Shown: positions 46,801-59,635 of the stretch, one piece after another | Numbering within the stretch: position 1 is the stretch's first letter | Layout of the letters: every line of letters begins with the position of its first letter | From: Macrostomum hystrix | Lineage: Eukaryota > Animalia > Platyhelminthes | DNA length: 64,000 nt | Direction: 5' to 3' | Assembly (NCBI GenBank): GCA_950097015.1 | Contig: CATNEN010000037.1 | Location: 558,001-622,000 of the forward strand | Notes under the pieces: generated by a model | Told to the model about the DNA's origin: nothing | Databases searched by the model: none | Seen by the model: the letters and a program-made list of their open reading frames with translations, nothing else | Program-made: the position numbers and the translations under genes

Positions 46801-47529
46801 ATAAACCATTTTGCTAAATAAAAGCTACAAATTGCAGCTAAAAACCAACTAGTGTAGTTAAGAAATTAACAAAAATTGACCATTTTGACTTTTTAATTAC
46901 ACTTTGTTCCAAAAAGCATGCAAAAATGATGAAATATATATAAACAATAATAAAATCATAGAAAAAACATTTATAAAACAAATTTAACAAAAAAAGAAGT
47001 ACTAAATAGTAATAAATATGTTTTTGATATCCTAGCCCAACACTTATAATGCACATTTTCTTATTTCTATACTTAATAATAAAAATAATTTATTTAGGCC
47101 TACTCAGGAATATTAATACTGTCAATGACTCATGACTTTCTGCACATATTGCAACAAAAAGTTGATAATGTCAACAATTAAAATAGTGTTAGTGGCTATG
47201 AATATCCATGTTAAACAACAAAATGACTATCCTTTAAATATTATTAAAGTTCAATCACCATTTTTTAAGGCTATTAACATTTAAAGTTCAACAAAATAAA
47301 TGAATCCTAGGTTGGACCCAAGAATATGCAACAATCGAAGAGGATTACCTGTGTACAGATAGCGCTGAGGAAATCGTGGGTTGTTTTTGAGACCCTTGCC
47401 AGCAGCAGCACTAAAGACAAAGTGATCTATTTTTTGGTTAAACACTCCTGTCTTGTAAGGGACAAAAGCACCATCAGTTAGGGTTACAGAAATTAGTACA
47501 ACTGCAACTAGTGCAACGCAAGTCTTCAT
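40863..47529 (-). CDS. DPP7: Dipeptidyl peptidase 2 (DPP7)-like serine peptidase, family S28 (519 aa, signal peptide)
   Basis: Exons (minus) 47529-47349, 46411-46272, 45061-44895, 44198-44057, 43950-43863, 43737-43571, 43474-43414, 42072-41732, 41636-41560, 41058-40863; 1560 nt, open frame. Hydrophobic N-terminus, FFYTGNEG, AEHRYYGES, catalytic GGSYGG, NGDLDPW and GAHHLDL. CADPTGCGTGP...WDFQACTE favours DPP7 over PRCP. Confidence 0.92.
41085..41535. repeat. 21-bp minisatellite (GTGAGATGCAGAGATCTCATA), DPP7-like last intron
   Basis: Visible, moderately degenerate. Confidence 0.88.
42098..42870. repeat. 24-bp minisatellite (GTTGATAGACTGATTGATTGACGA) with about 96-bp higher-order period, DPP7-like intron 7
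   Basis: The gaggag variant recurs at mostly 96-bp spacing; source of the SINQ-repeat ORF. Confidence 0.95.
42991..43319 (+). mobile_element. SINE family 2 copy in a DPP7-like intron
   Basis: A-box TGGCAGAGCGG, degenerate B-box GAGCTCGATTC, shared body, end gccctcctgcaa followed by an (ATT)n tail. Confidence 0.75.
44290..44815. repeat. 23-bp minisatellite (GATGGGATCTAACTGAATGGATA), DPP7-like intron 3
   Basis: Visible array. Confidence 0.93.
45385..45737 (-). mobile_element. SINE family 2 copy, apparently full length (about 350 bp), in DPP7-like intron 2
   Basis: Minus strand: aagggggttggTGACTGAGCGGttaacgcg...GAGCTCGATTCC...gccctccagcaa; collinear with the 42991 and 35450 copies. Confidence 0.75.
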
Positions 47530-50011
47530 TTCAAAAAGAGATGTTTGATAGTATTATATTCTATTTTGCAGGCTTAATCAAATAATATATTGTTCACGAT
47601 CCACTGCTTTATAAATAGTTAATTTCAGTAATTAACGAGAGTAGCCTAGTCTGTCAAGTAGGCCAGGCCAATTGTAGTCAATCTGGAAATTCAAATTTGT
47701 GTTTGTATTGTTAAGTGCACTACGTACGCATGACGGACTGAAGATTAGTATAACAAATGGGTGTTTCATATAGATCAAGTTTGCATATTGGCCATCAAAT
47801 ATTTGCGTGAGTATATCAATTTCGATCAAATCGAGAAATAAAAGAAGATACCAATCTTTCTTTCAACAAACAAAGCAAGACAGCCTATATAAATTAATAT
47901 ACTAGCTGAAATCTAGCAAAACACTAATGTATGGTCAGACATTTCAAATTTCTTTGCTATCATTATCTTTATACTAAAAAGTGTACAGTTATACTTGATT
48001 ACTAATATTTGTTTAACGATCTACTACATCATGCGTATTCAACATATTGGACTACCATAAGTAGTGTATCTGGAGTGGTCTGGCGACTCGTATTTTAACC
48101 TAGCCTCTTGCTGCTGGTAAACAAAGGACGTGGAGAAATCGATGCTCGATTTATTAAATAGTTTTTTGCTGAATGCCAACAAAAACAAAACCTATGTTGA
48201 TAATATAGGCGTGCCTGAGAAGTCCTATTTGGACCATCCCCGTCAAAATCTAATAGACGAAAGCACCTCAGCGTGTCATTATGGATTGAAGCATTAATTA
48301 AGCCATCTCATCAAACTCGCGTCGTGAACATCCGCAAAAATAATGCAATGATTTCTTATGACGCAGGTTATCCCGCCGTGCGCATTCTCCTGGACTGAGA
48401 GTGGGGAATCCCCATAGGTCCGCGCTGCTCTGGAAGAAGAAGCCCGGGCGATGAATGCTGTTTAGAACTATATCCGCGACAACGGCAGATGGAGTGACAC
48501 AGCTCCTCATGGAATCCCTGCCGTGACATTAAATGCAGAAAATGAGTGGATGGGATTAGAGAAGAGAGTTGGCGTCTGCTGTCGGAAAGCCATAGCAAAG
48601 CGAGCCATCTTGCGGCGCAGGTTCTTTTCCAGTGGCAACACACATCACGCGCCGTGGTCCACTTTCACTGCCCAAGTTTAGGCTTAATGGAAGCGGCATG
48701 GCAGCACGGAGTAAAGCATTGATGCAGGTCCCATCTTTAATTCATTTAGCACTGTCATTTTCTGCTGCAGCTGGCTGCTCGCAGTGAAAGCAGAGTCAAC
48801 CGTCAGATTTCTTTAGAGTAAGACCAGAGAGAAGCTGCGTGGTTCGTCTTTCTGTCTGTGTCTCCCACGTCTCTTCTCTCCCACTCTCAATCACGCAAAT
48901 GACACCTCGGCACGGAAAGGCAAGCTGCCACACGGTGAACAGTTTCAGTTGGTTAGGAGAGGATTAAAATCCCACAATTTTAGCCACAGCGGGATACGGC
49001 GTGCGTAATCAGAGAGCGAGCCATGAGGTTTAGGGCCATATTGCTGGGAGCTATAAAGACTTTTCCGTGCCAGCAGCCCCTTCAATCTAGCGGTGTATAT
49101 TTGTATTGATGCTAGGAGCCCCCATCCAGCTTGCGCGATCCCCGCCCTCCCTTACATCACACTGCCGCTTTCAGTTCGACATCAAACGAGAAAGCAGTGA
49201 GCTAAGTTCTGCTGGAACCGCAAATTTACGGGTCAGCGCAGCCCCCCACCCCCCTTGTCACCTGACCTGTCAACGCTGCCCCCCTCTGTCGGCCTATTCT
49301 TGTCTTTCACTGGTTCTTAACCAGATCACCCTCGGCTATTCACTGGGAGAATTATCCCTATAATATGCTCTACGATGGCTGGCATTGATAAGGATAATAA
49401 GGATCAGTTGTTCCGCGCATCCGTGATCATCTTACACCGTCGAGAGGAGAGAGATCGCGAGATCCTGTATAGTTTGTCGCACATTTGCTCAACTAACTCG
49501 GGCGTTCGACGGGGGATATGTTGATGGGTGAGGGAGCGGCCTCAACTAATCATGCAGTTGTGAAGTGGCCCCACCTCGATCGTTCATCAACCACCCCACT
49601 CCCCAACTGGCCAAATCCCATATGCAGCGAAGAATATATGCATGTGTTATAGCCCACACGCTGAACTCATAGATCGGTTCGATTTAACCTCGATTAATCG
49701 TTGGCACACCTTTACGCTCACTGACCTAGCCAAATCACTGGCCATGTAATAACTCCAGCACTTGGCGGGCGACCAATCGTTTTCTTCCGCCCGGATTTTT
49801 TCATACTCGCTCGGCAGCCGCCGTTCCCACTCGAATTATCCCACCTTCGTCACCTGCGCAAACTTCTCACGCGTCCCAAGTGAAAGAACAACCTGGATTA
49901 GGGGATTTTGTGGGATTATTATGTTTGATTGGTAAGGGCCCACGTTAAGGTGAGAAAACGGGATAAGGGAAGAGGGACGGAAGAAGTAAAGCAAAACTAA
50001 TAATAGAGGGA

Positions 50012-50635
50012 AGTAGACCGAGAGCGGAGAGGAGGTAGAGAGAGCGGAAAGTAGATAGAGAGAGCGGAGAGTAGATAGAGAGAGCGGAGAGTAGATAGAG
50101 AGAGAGAGCGGAGAGTAGGTAGAGAGAGAGTGGAGAGTAGGTAGAGAGAGTGGAGAGTAGGTAGAGATAGCGGAGAGTAGGTAGAGAGAGCGGAGTGTAG
50201 GTAGAGAGAACGGAGAGTAGGTAGAGAGAGGAAGTTGAGAGTAGGTAGAGATAGCGGAGAGTAGGTAGAGAGAGCGGAGAGTAGGTAGAGAGAGCGGAGA
50301 GTAGATAGAGAGCGGAGAGTAGATAGAGAGAGAGAGCGGAGAGTAGGTAGAGAGAGAGTGGAGAGTAGGTAGAGAGAGTGGAGAGTAGGTAGAGATAGCG
50401 GAGAGTAGGTAGAGATAGCGGAGAGTAGGTAGAGAGAGCGGAGTGTAGGTAGAGAGAGCGGAGAGTAGGTAGAGAGAGGAAGTTGAGAGTAGGTAGAGAT
50501 AGCGGAGAGTAGGTAGAGAGAGCGGAGAGTAGGTAGAGAGAGCGGAGAGTAGATAGAGAGCGGAGTGTAGGTAGAGAGAGCGGAGAGTAGGTAGAGAGAG
50601 AGAACGGAGAGTAGGTAGAGAGAGCGGCAAGTAGA
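50012..50635. repeat. About 20-bp GA-rich minisatellite (AGAGAGCGGAGAGTAGGTAG)
   Basis: Visible array. Confidence 0.92.
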
Positions 50636-51014
50636 TAAAAAAGCAGAGAACAGAGGAGGAAGTGGAAAATATAGCTTTGGTAGAGATTATCGATGTCGAG
50701 TGTAACACTCCGCCCTGTCATCCCAGTAGTCGCGTGTCTGCTGACCCGTCATGGTCAAGCCTGTCATTATTGGTGCAAGTATTCATTCTAATGTACGTTA
50801 TTTAGCAACCTCTATGGCGTGACGAAACTAACAATTACATCAGTTTCACCCTTGACAACGGAATCTTAGTCTATTGTTCGCTTCATTAAAGCATCTGTTT
50901 TTAACGGCTAAATATAAACCAAGCTGTCTTTCGGCGAGTAATGTCTCCCGGAAGACTTCTCTTTGCCGCTTTGATCAGCAATAAAATCTATACAAGAATA
51001 GATGCAGATATGCG

Positions 51015-51545
51015 CAGAGAGGTAGAGCGAGAGGTATATAGTGTGAGATACGGAGAGAGAGGTAGGGCGAGAGGTAGATACGGAGAGGGAGGTAGGGCGA
51101 GAGGTAGATACGGAGAGAGAGGTAGGGGAGAGGTAGATACGGAGAGACAGAGGTGGAGTGAGAAGTAGATACGGAGAGACAGAGGTGGAGTGGGAGGAAG
51201 ATACGGAGAGACAGAGGTGGAGTGAGAGGTAGATACGGAGAGACAGAGGTAGGGCGAGAGGAAGATGCGGAGAGAGAGGTAGGGCGAGAGTTAGATACGG
51301 AGAGGGAGGTAGGGGAGAGGTAGATACGGAGAGACAGAGGTGGAGTGAGAGGTAGATACGGAGAGACAGAGGTGGAGTGAGAGGTAGATACGGAGAGACA
51401 GAGGTGGAGTGAGAGGTCGATACGGAGAGACAGAGGTGGAGTTAGAGGTCGATACGGAGAGACAGAGGTGGAGTTAGAGGTCGATACGGAGATACATAGG
51501 TAGATTGAGAGGTAGATACGGAGATACATAGGTAGAGTGAGATTA
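51015..51545. repeat. 32-bp GA-rich minisatellite (GAGAGGTAGATACGGAGAGACAGAGGTGGAGT)
   Basis: Visible array. Confidence 0.9.
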
Positions 51546-52044
51546 TCGAGAAAGTTGGTAAAGTCTAAACTTAATGGAAGCAAAATAAATTGAATGCTAT
51601 AAAGAAAAGAATTTGTTTAAACACATCGGTTGTATGTGAGTATAATAGTCAAATTGCAAATTTATCCATACACGTGGATATAATAAAAGATCATTTTGAA
51701 ATTCATTTTCTGTTGCATGAGAATAAAGGAATAGAAACATGAAGTGAATTGACCAGTACATACAATAATAAACACTTACTATTAACAGGGTTTTAAAGCA
51801 AATATGCTAGAATTAATCATAATAATTTGCTGCTGACATGACAACACTATATTAGTCGATTAGGGGTCCCAAAATGGAAAAACAAAAGCTTAGTTCAATG
51901 CACACAAATGAGTACAATATCGAGATTTAACATGAGAATACTGAGCGCGAACCGATTCGCTTGCTCACAATTTCATTAGTAGGAAACTTTTATAAGAAAA
52001 AAATTCAACAACAAAACACAATACGAAGCTTACGAAATCATTGA

Positions 52045-52612
52045 GTGAAAGATAGAATGGGTGAGAGATAGAATGGGTGAGAGATAGAATGGGTGAGAGA
52101 TAGAATGGGTGAGAGATAGAATGGGTGAGAGATGGAATGGGTGAGAGATAGAATGGGTGAGAGATAGAATGAGTGAGAGATAGAATGGGTGAGAGATAGA
52201 ATGGGTGAGAGATAGAATGGGTGAGAGATAGAATGGGTGAGAGATAGAATGGGTGAGAGATAGAATGAGTGAGAGATATAATGGGTGAGAAATAGAGTGG
52301 GTGAGAGATAGAATGGGTGAGAGATGGAATGGGTGAGAAATAGAATGGGTGAGAGATAGAATGAGTGAGAGATATAATGGGTGAGAAATAGAGTGGGTGA
52401 GAGATAGAATGGGTGAGAGATGGAATGGGTGAGAAATAGAGTGGGTGAGAGATGGAATGGGTGAGAGATAGAATGGGTGAGAGATAGAATGGGTGAGAGA
52501 TAGAATGAGTGAGAGATATAATGGGTGAGAAATAGAGTGGGTGAGAGATAGAATGGGTGAGAGATGGAATGGGTGAGAGATGGAATGGGTGAGAGATAGA
52601 ATGGGTGAGAGC
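52045..52612. repeat. 16-bp minisatellite (GAGATAGAATGGGTGA)
   Basis: Visible array. Confidence 0.93.
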
Positions 52613-53051
52613 AGAACATGACCTAATCGGTAGACAATTTTAGGTCTCAAATTCAGTTTTAAAAATCACTATATAACAAAATATGATGGCAGAGAATAAA
52701 ACAACGGAGCTTTTGAAAACTTCTCTGGAGAATAGTGCCGCCAAAAGTCGAAAGATTTGATTGGGTGCCGCTCACTCATCAAGCAGACAGAAACGACGGA
52801 CTGTGTACACATCACTTACAATTGATTAACAGAAAATGTTTAATTGCCTCAATTAGAGCATTGAGACACCGCCTGATTTCAGCGAGTCATGGCGTCTCTT
52901 GCAATTGCACTCGTCGGAGGTAACGCGTCGGAGGTAGAAGTTGAGTAGATTGGAATTACTTGACATGCACTTTTGCACTAGACCGTAATAAACACGCAGT
53001 CAATGAACTCTGCGGCATTCCTGCAAAAAAGAAGCGATTAGTGTCCGATTT

Positions 53052-56000
53052 CTAAGAACGCGAATCCGGCGACCGATGCCGCTTTCTCTGATTGGCTGCT
53101 GAGCCTGGCGAGCCCGAGCTGGACTTTGACGACCTCTTGGCTACGGTGGTGGCTGTCGCACTCACACTAGACGTCGACATGTCGATGACCTCAGATGATG
53201 TCGCAGCAACAGACGCAGAGGTTGCCCTGGCACCCCTAGACCGTCTGGGTATCAGGGAAACAACGGAGTCACCAGTGTCGAGTCGTTGGCAGTGCAGGCC
53301 GTATCGCTCCATGGTTCTCGAAGGATTTCGCGAGCACCAGCCTTTGTCGACCACGTAGAACGGCTGGCTTGACGGCAGTTCGATTGCGCGAACCTTTGTG
53401 GGCAAATTCAGCGGCACGACATGGCATTCAATGAAGATTTGGACTGGGTTTATGTCTGAGCACGGATCAGGGTGTTGGTCAGGGTGTTGGTCAGGGTGTG
53501 ATCGGTGTGTTGGTCAGAGTGTTGGTCAGGGTGTTGGTCAGGGTGTGATCGGGGTGTTGGTCAGGGTGTTGGTCAGGGTGTTGGTCAGGGTGTTGGTCAG
53601 GGTGTTGGTCAGGGTGTGATCGGGGTGTTGGTCAGGGTGTTGGTCAGGGTGTGATCGGGGTGTTGGTCAGGGTGTTGGTCAGGGTGTTGGTCAGGGTGTG
53701 ATCGGTGTGTTGATCAGGGTGTTGGTCAGGGTGTTGGTCAGGGTGTGATCGGTGTGTTGGTCAGGATGTTGGTCCGGGTGTTGTTCAGGGTGTTGATTAG
53801 GGTGTTGGTCATGAATTTACTCGGATTGGATCGTGACTGCCAGGAATGATGCTGGCAAAGAAGTTGATCGATAAGTTTTTTTAATCTGGTGAGCTTGCCA
53901 TTTAGCAAAGCATGACAGCTCGAATCAAAAAAAGCATTTTCTGCTATCAATAGCAACTGCCTCATTAGATTTCGCTGAACACACATTACTAGGCAGGATC
54001 TAGGCATAGAAATAATGCTTCAATACAATTTTGGTTTCATAATTCTGCTCATCTACATATTCCCTCTCTTAGCGACTGGGAAAATTATAATTAAGTCGAA
54101 CAGAAAAAAAGACGAATCGCTCCCATCTCTGAGTGTGAGCACAGCCGTGAGCAAATTCCCTTGTCATCATGCATCAATTTATCAACTGAAAGGCTGAAAT
54201 TCCACAGAAACCCGCCAACGGAAATGCGGCCATTGTAGACCGTTCGGCTCGTGCTCAAGAATACAAATTCCCTGCTTTCGAGAAAGTTGCCTCATTAGAT
54301 TCACCACTCCCCGCAACACTTGACGACTCCGGGCACAACCTTTCACCTCTTCAAATCCCGCAAGACTAAATCCTTTCTCACTCTCACAAAGAATTCTGCA
54401 ACTCTCAGCCTACCATCTCATGGGACTCGAATCGCTGCAGAATGCCAATGATTTGCCATCTGTCTCTATAGAGGAGAGATCACAAAACATGCTTGAATTG
54501 AACATCTAAATCTGTCAAATAATGTCAAAGAGCTGCACAGAAGAAACTGATAGATAAAAAGAAATTTACTCAGGCAAAAGGCATGAGGCTCATTGGATTA
54601 AAGAAAGTCAGCTTCAGCTGCTTATGTTTCTTGTCCAAACCAGACCGGGGCAGTCTTAAACAATCGAATTATTCAAATAATGATTCAATAGTTACAATCG
54701 TCCTGGGCAGTGATTCGCTCCCAGCAGTTCTCTTTAACCTCCAGCCGCTGCCTCAAAACGTCTTGGCCTGCTCGCATGGCCTCAGGGCACAAAATCTGGC
54801 TAGTTTGAGTTCCCCGGCTGCTCCTGTCCGATCCCATCTTCGTGGATTAAAACAACGCCCAAGCGTGGGAAGACACCAGGCAGTTCTGGAGCCCCTAGAA
54901 CTCGTCGAACCCCCTAGGGCGGTATCTGGACTGGGGTTTGGTGTGGTGGGAGATCAAGTTGTGCTGTTGAACAAAATCAGTCGGAAGGCACAAGAGAATA
55001 TCAGCGCGCGCGCAATCACGCAGCGTTGTCCAAGATGCGGACAGACATTCGCTGAAGGCTATCTGGCAGCCGCTATCATATAAGAAACTGGACCTGACTG
55101 TGCGGCGTCTCTCCAACCGCAGATCCCAGCAAAAAATGTGGAAGGAAATACTGATGATCCCACCCGGATATCGGGATACACTGGCCTGCATGTCTGCATG
55201 GGGTGCAGTCATCCTGATTAACGGAACCGACACTCGAAAATAGGCCCCCCCCCAGGGGGAGAGTTCGGGAGTTGGCGAGGCAACTATGCCACCCAACTGG
55301 GCTTTGGTGGCAATTTCCAAAAGAGAAACTGATCAGCCCGGATAAACACCCGGATACTTGTTCGCCCTAAGATGATGACCCTGGTCTGGTCTTATACTTA
55401 ATCTCCTTCCTCGATTATAGATTCTGCCCCTGCAGAAGAGCCGCCGAGTGGCGATTCTCGATTTCACTAAAAGTCGCCCTCAGGATCCGGTTTAATTTGA
55501 AAGTGATGAAAGTGGAAACCGAGCGGTGATCTGTTATTATTACGAACTCGGTCGCTTGGTGTGGACATTGCCTGTAATTAAAGCCAGCATAATAATGACT
55601 TAAATAATGACCCTTCCAGGCAAACACACGTCTCTCCCGCTGCGTGCGGCTAAGCCTGTATTCCCAATAGTTTTCTTTCTAAACTCCGTCACAGAGCGGC
55701 GGGTTTAAAGTCTTAATTTAAGATTTGAAAACTGGCACAATTAGATTTCGAAATAATGATTAAAGGTCATCTAAAAAATGCATTTTCGAAGATTCTCACC
55801 TGGCGGCAGTCTGGACCCAGCGCGAACTCCAGCCGCACGGTGCCCTCCGAGTGGTTCTCGTCCATGCGGGCCACTCGACAGCGTTCCAGACGGTAGTTTC
55901 TGCGCACTCCGCCAGTTGAGCCGCTTCCGCCGCCGCCGACAAAACCGCAGCTGAGATCGAAATCAGACAGCGACAAGTCCTCAACACGCTTGACATCTCC

Positions 56001-56355
56001 GCCTCCTGTGGTAACCAGAGTACCGCGCCGGAATAGCGCCGAATTAGACGCTGCCGTTCCGCTGCCAGTCTGGCGGACTCCATCGTCTAGGCGGGGTTGG
56101 AACTGCGGCGGCTGCGATGATGGGGGCAGCGGCGGCGGTGGGGGAGGCGGCGGCAGCGGCGCCTGATGTTGATGGTGATAATGCAGATGCTGCTGATGCT
56201 GCGACGACAGCGACGTCGGCGGCGGCAACGGGAACGCGGAGTCAGCTTTGGAGGCTGCGGCTGCTGCCGCGGCAGCTGCGGCCGCTGCCGCCGCCGCTGC
56301 GGGCCGGAATCCTGGCGGGAAAATGTCCGGTGGACGAGATAAAGGAAACATAAGG

Positions 56356-56390
<35 letters not shown>

Positions 56391-56981
56391 GCCGCTAGAG
56401 CTTTGACTTTTGCGGCTGCTGCCGCTGCCGCTGCCGCCGCCGCCGCTGCCGCCCCCGATGCTGATCGGAGGTCCGAACGGGTAACTGGCAGCGGACAGGG
56501 CGGCCATGGAGTCCAGCGTAGGAAATCTGGGATAAATTGGAGACATTGGTGGAAACGGCGAGAAACTGGGAGGAAATCTTTGCGGCTTCATCACGTCCTG
56601 GAGCATCGGCGGCGGCGGCGGCGGCGGCGGTGGCCCCGGAAAGCCTGGCAGATGCGAATAAAAACCGTAGACAGACGACTGGAGAGCGGCGGCTGCGGCT
56701 GCGGCTGCGGCGGCCGCTGCGGCAGCTGGACTTGTCGCCGCGCCGCCGCCGCCGCCGCCACCGCCGCCGCTATTTCCACCGCCGTCCAGCAGACCTCCTG
56801 CCGGCTGCAGCTGCGAAGGCGGCGGCGGCGGAGGCGGTGGCTGAAACGGCAGCGGCTGCGGGCGCCAAATGGACTTCTCTGCTGAAGTTGACATCGCTAC
56901 TGAACTGGCTGATGTTGGAGCTGCGGCTGTGATGGTGCGCCGGACCGGTGCAGACTGATCTGAAGGCAGGTTTGACGGCAT
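53052..56981 (-). CDS. ATXN1: Ataxin-1-like AXH-domain protein (about 507 aa from the first ATG)
   Basis: Exons (minus) 56981-55800 (acceptor probably at 57030) and 53393-53052, joined in phase 0. AXH: FRRGTLVTTGGGDVKRVEDLSLSDF...RLEFALGPDCRQ|VRAIELPSSQPFYVVDKGWCSRNPSRTMERYGLHCQRLDTGDSVVSL. The N-terminus is low complexity (polyA/P/G/Q) and the C-terminus has RKRHRSP. Confidence 0.88.
53466..53812. repeat. 12-bp minisatellite (GGTGTTGGTCAG with GGTGTGATCG variants), ATXN1-like intron
   Basis: Visible array. Confidence 0.92.
56358..56387 (-). repeat. Pure (CAG)10 polyglutamine tract in the ATXN1-like CDS
   Basis: Ten uninterrupted CTG triplets on the plus strand; protein reads GK-Q10-HLMFP. 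Confidence 0.93.
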
Positions 56982-57569
56982 AAAGAAATCGATGTAGCTT
57001 ATACTCTGCTTCAAAGCAATTTGTGCATTCTAAGTAAAACAGTAAGGAGACATTTTTACAGACACGATGAAAACTTACCGCTTTTTTAATGGGACAAAAA
57101 TCTAAGGGAAAATTTGTGCTCGCTTCGAAATATCCGGGCCCAGTCTCTGCTATTGAACGCGCAGGATTTGCGTCGAGTAGTAAGATGGGGATTGCCCAGA
57201 CAAGGTGTTGGGGGATGGGCGATTTCGGGGATGCGGTCGGGCCGGAGATCTGGGATTCGCCGATAGCGGAGGTGGGGAAGAGAAGCAATGGTTACTGTCT
57301 GGGGTGGCACAGTGGGGTGCACGGCTTGGCAGCCAATTGGAGATCTGGAATTTTCAATGCGATACGCGCGCCGTACGGGGCATTGTCTCCCATCCTACAC
57401 CCGCCTTCTGGTCCGTTTTCCCTACCACACAGCTTTTTTGATTGTTGCTTTTTTAGTCTACCTTTGCCTTCCTGCGCTTAAGAATTGGCCCAGACTGGGT
57501 GGAATAAACTGTAAACCTGTTGCATTATATTGCATCCCTTTGCAGCTCCTCCACCATTTCTTCTCACTA

Positions 57570-58470
57570 TCTCTCACTCTAACTCTCTGAACCTCACTCT
57601 ACCTCTCTCCCGCTCACTCTACCTCTCTCCCGCTCACTCTACCTCTCTCCCGCTCACTCTACCTCTCTCCCGCTCACTCTACCTCTCTCCCGCTCACTCT
57701 ACCTCTCTCCCGCTCACTCTACCTCTCACTCAACCTCTCTCCCTCTCACTCTACCACTCACTCTAGCTTTCTACCTCTTACTCTAACTCTCTGAACCTCA
57801 CTCTAACTCTCTACCACTCCCTCTACCTTTCTAACTCTCACTCTACCTCTCTACCTCTCACTCTACGTCTCTTCGTCTCACTCTACTCTCTTCCTCTCAA
57901 TCTACCTCTCTACCTCACTCCCTCTGACTCTACCTCTCTTCCTCTCACTCTACCTCTCTCCCTCTCTCCCTCTGACTCTACCTCTCTTCCTCTCACTCTA
58001 CCTCTCTCCCTCTCTCCCTCTGACTCTACCTCTCTACCTCTCACTCTCCCTCTCTCCCTCTGACTCTACCTCTCTACCTCTCACTCTCCCTCTCTCCCTC
58101 TGACTCTACCTCTCTACCTCTCACTCTCCCTCTCTCCCTCTGACTCTACCTCTCTTCCTCTCACTCTACCTTTCTCCCTCTGACTCTACCTCTCTTACTC
58201 TCACTCTACCTCTCTTACTCTCACTCTACCTCTCTACCTCTCACTCTACCTCTCTCCCTCTGACTCTACCTCTCTTACTCTCACTCTACCTTTCTCCCTC
58301 TGACTCTACCTCTCTTACTCTCACTCTACCTCTCTACCTCTCACTCTAACTCTCTCCCTCTGACTCTACCTCTCTTACTCTCACTCTACCTCTCTTACTC
58401 TCACTCTACCTCTCTACCTCTCACTCTAACTCTCTCCCTCTGACTCTACCTCTCTTCCTCTCTCTTCATC
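57570..58470. repeat. CT-rich about 20-bp composite minisatellite upstream of the ATXN1-like CDS
   Basis: CTCTACCTCTCTCCCGCTCA and derivatives. Confidence 0.92.
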
Positions 58471-59059
58471 TCACTTCTAAATGCTTTAGCCTGAGGTATC
58501 ATGATTCATTCTCAGTTCTCTTATAATTGTCAGTAAAGATAGCTGCTTATTTCGCAAAGTTTTTTTCGCAGGTCAACCTTTCAACAGTCATTCCTTGATT
58601 CTTTCATCATTTCAAAGCAATTTTTGCTCTCCAAGCCTAATTATTAATTACGAAGAACGCGTGGCGAAGCATAATGAGGGTCACGTGGCTGGAAGCAGCC
58701 TGCTAGACCCTGTCATCAAATCCAGCTGTAGAAGAATCGAATAATCCATAATCACACAATCACGCGGCTTGGCTACTCTCGTCGTATGCATAATTGGTTG
58801 AAAAATCTGACGAATTTGTGGGTGTTCAGTTAACAGCACAACTCAACTTCATTGTTGACCGAGAATATTGCTAGCACTCATAGTAGGCCAAACTTAGGGT
58901 TTTCTGTTGCCTCATGCACCACGTGTCTTTTAATTACACGGTCTAAGTGCAGCTCTCCTGTTTCTTTGCTGCACGATAGCTTATCCATTGAATGATGCCC
59001 AATCCCTTCCAATGGTCCTTAATCACAACTCTGATCCCCAATACATTCAATGATCCTCT

Positions 59060-59635
59060 ATTCCTTTCATGGTCCTAATCCCTTCTATGATCCCCAATCC
59101 CTCCCATAATCCCCAATCCTTCGCATGATACCCAATGCCTCCCATGATACCCCGTTCCTTTCCTACCCCCCTAATCCCTTCTAATAATCCCTAATCACTT
59201 CTTGATCCCTAATCACTTCTATGATCCCTAATCCCTTCTAATGATCCCTAATCACTTCTAATAATCCCTAATCACTTCTAATGATCCCTAATCACTTCTA
59301 TGATCCCTAATCACTTCTAATAATCCCTAATCACTTCTGATAATCCCTAATCACTTCTAATGATCCCTAATCACTTCTTGATCCCTAATCACTTCTATGA
59401 TCCCTAATCACTTCTATGATCCCTAATCACTTCTAATAATCCCTAATCACTTCTTGATCCCTAATCACTTCTATGATCCCTAATCACTTCTAATGATCCC
59501 TAATCACTTCTAATGATCCCTAATTCCTTCTATGATCCCTAATCACTTCTAATGATCCCTAATCACTTCTAATGATCCCTAATTCCTTCTATGATCCCTA
59601 ATCACTTCCATGATCCCTAATCCTTCCATGATCCG
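59060..59635. repeat. About 20-bp minisatellite (GATCCCTAATCACTTCTAAT)
   Basis: Visible array. Confidence 0.9.

Noticed and set aside
49836-52650. Long L/S/Y/H-rich ORFs on the minus strand
   Set aside because: Translations of three GA-rich minisatellites.
56117-56932. Antisense polyL/polyA/polyR ORFs over the ATXN1-like exon (SCA8-like bidirectional gene)
   Set aside because: Expected by-product of GC-rich trinucleotide tracts; no splice or promoter evidence for an antisense gene.
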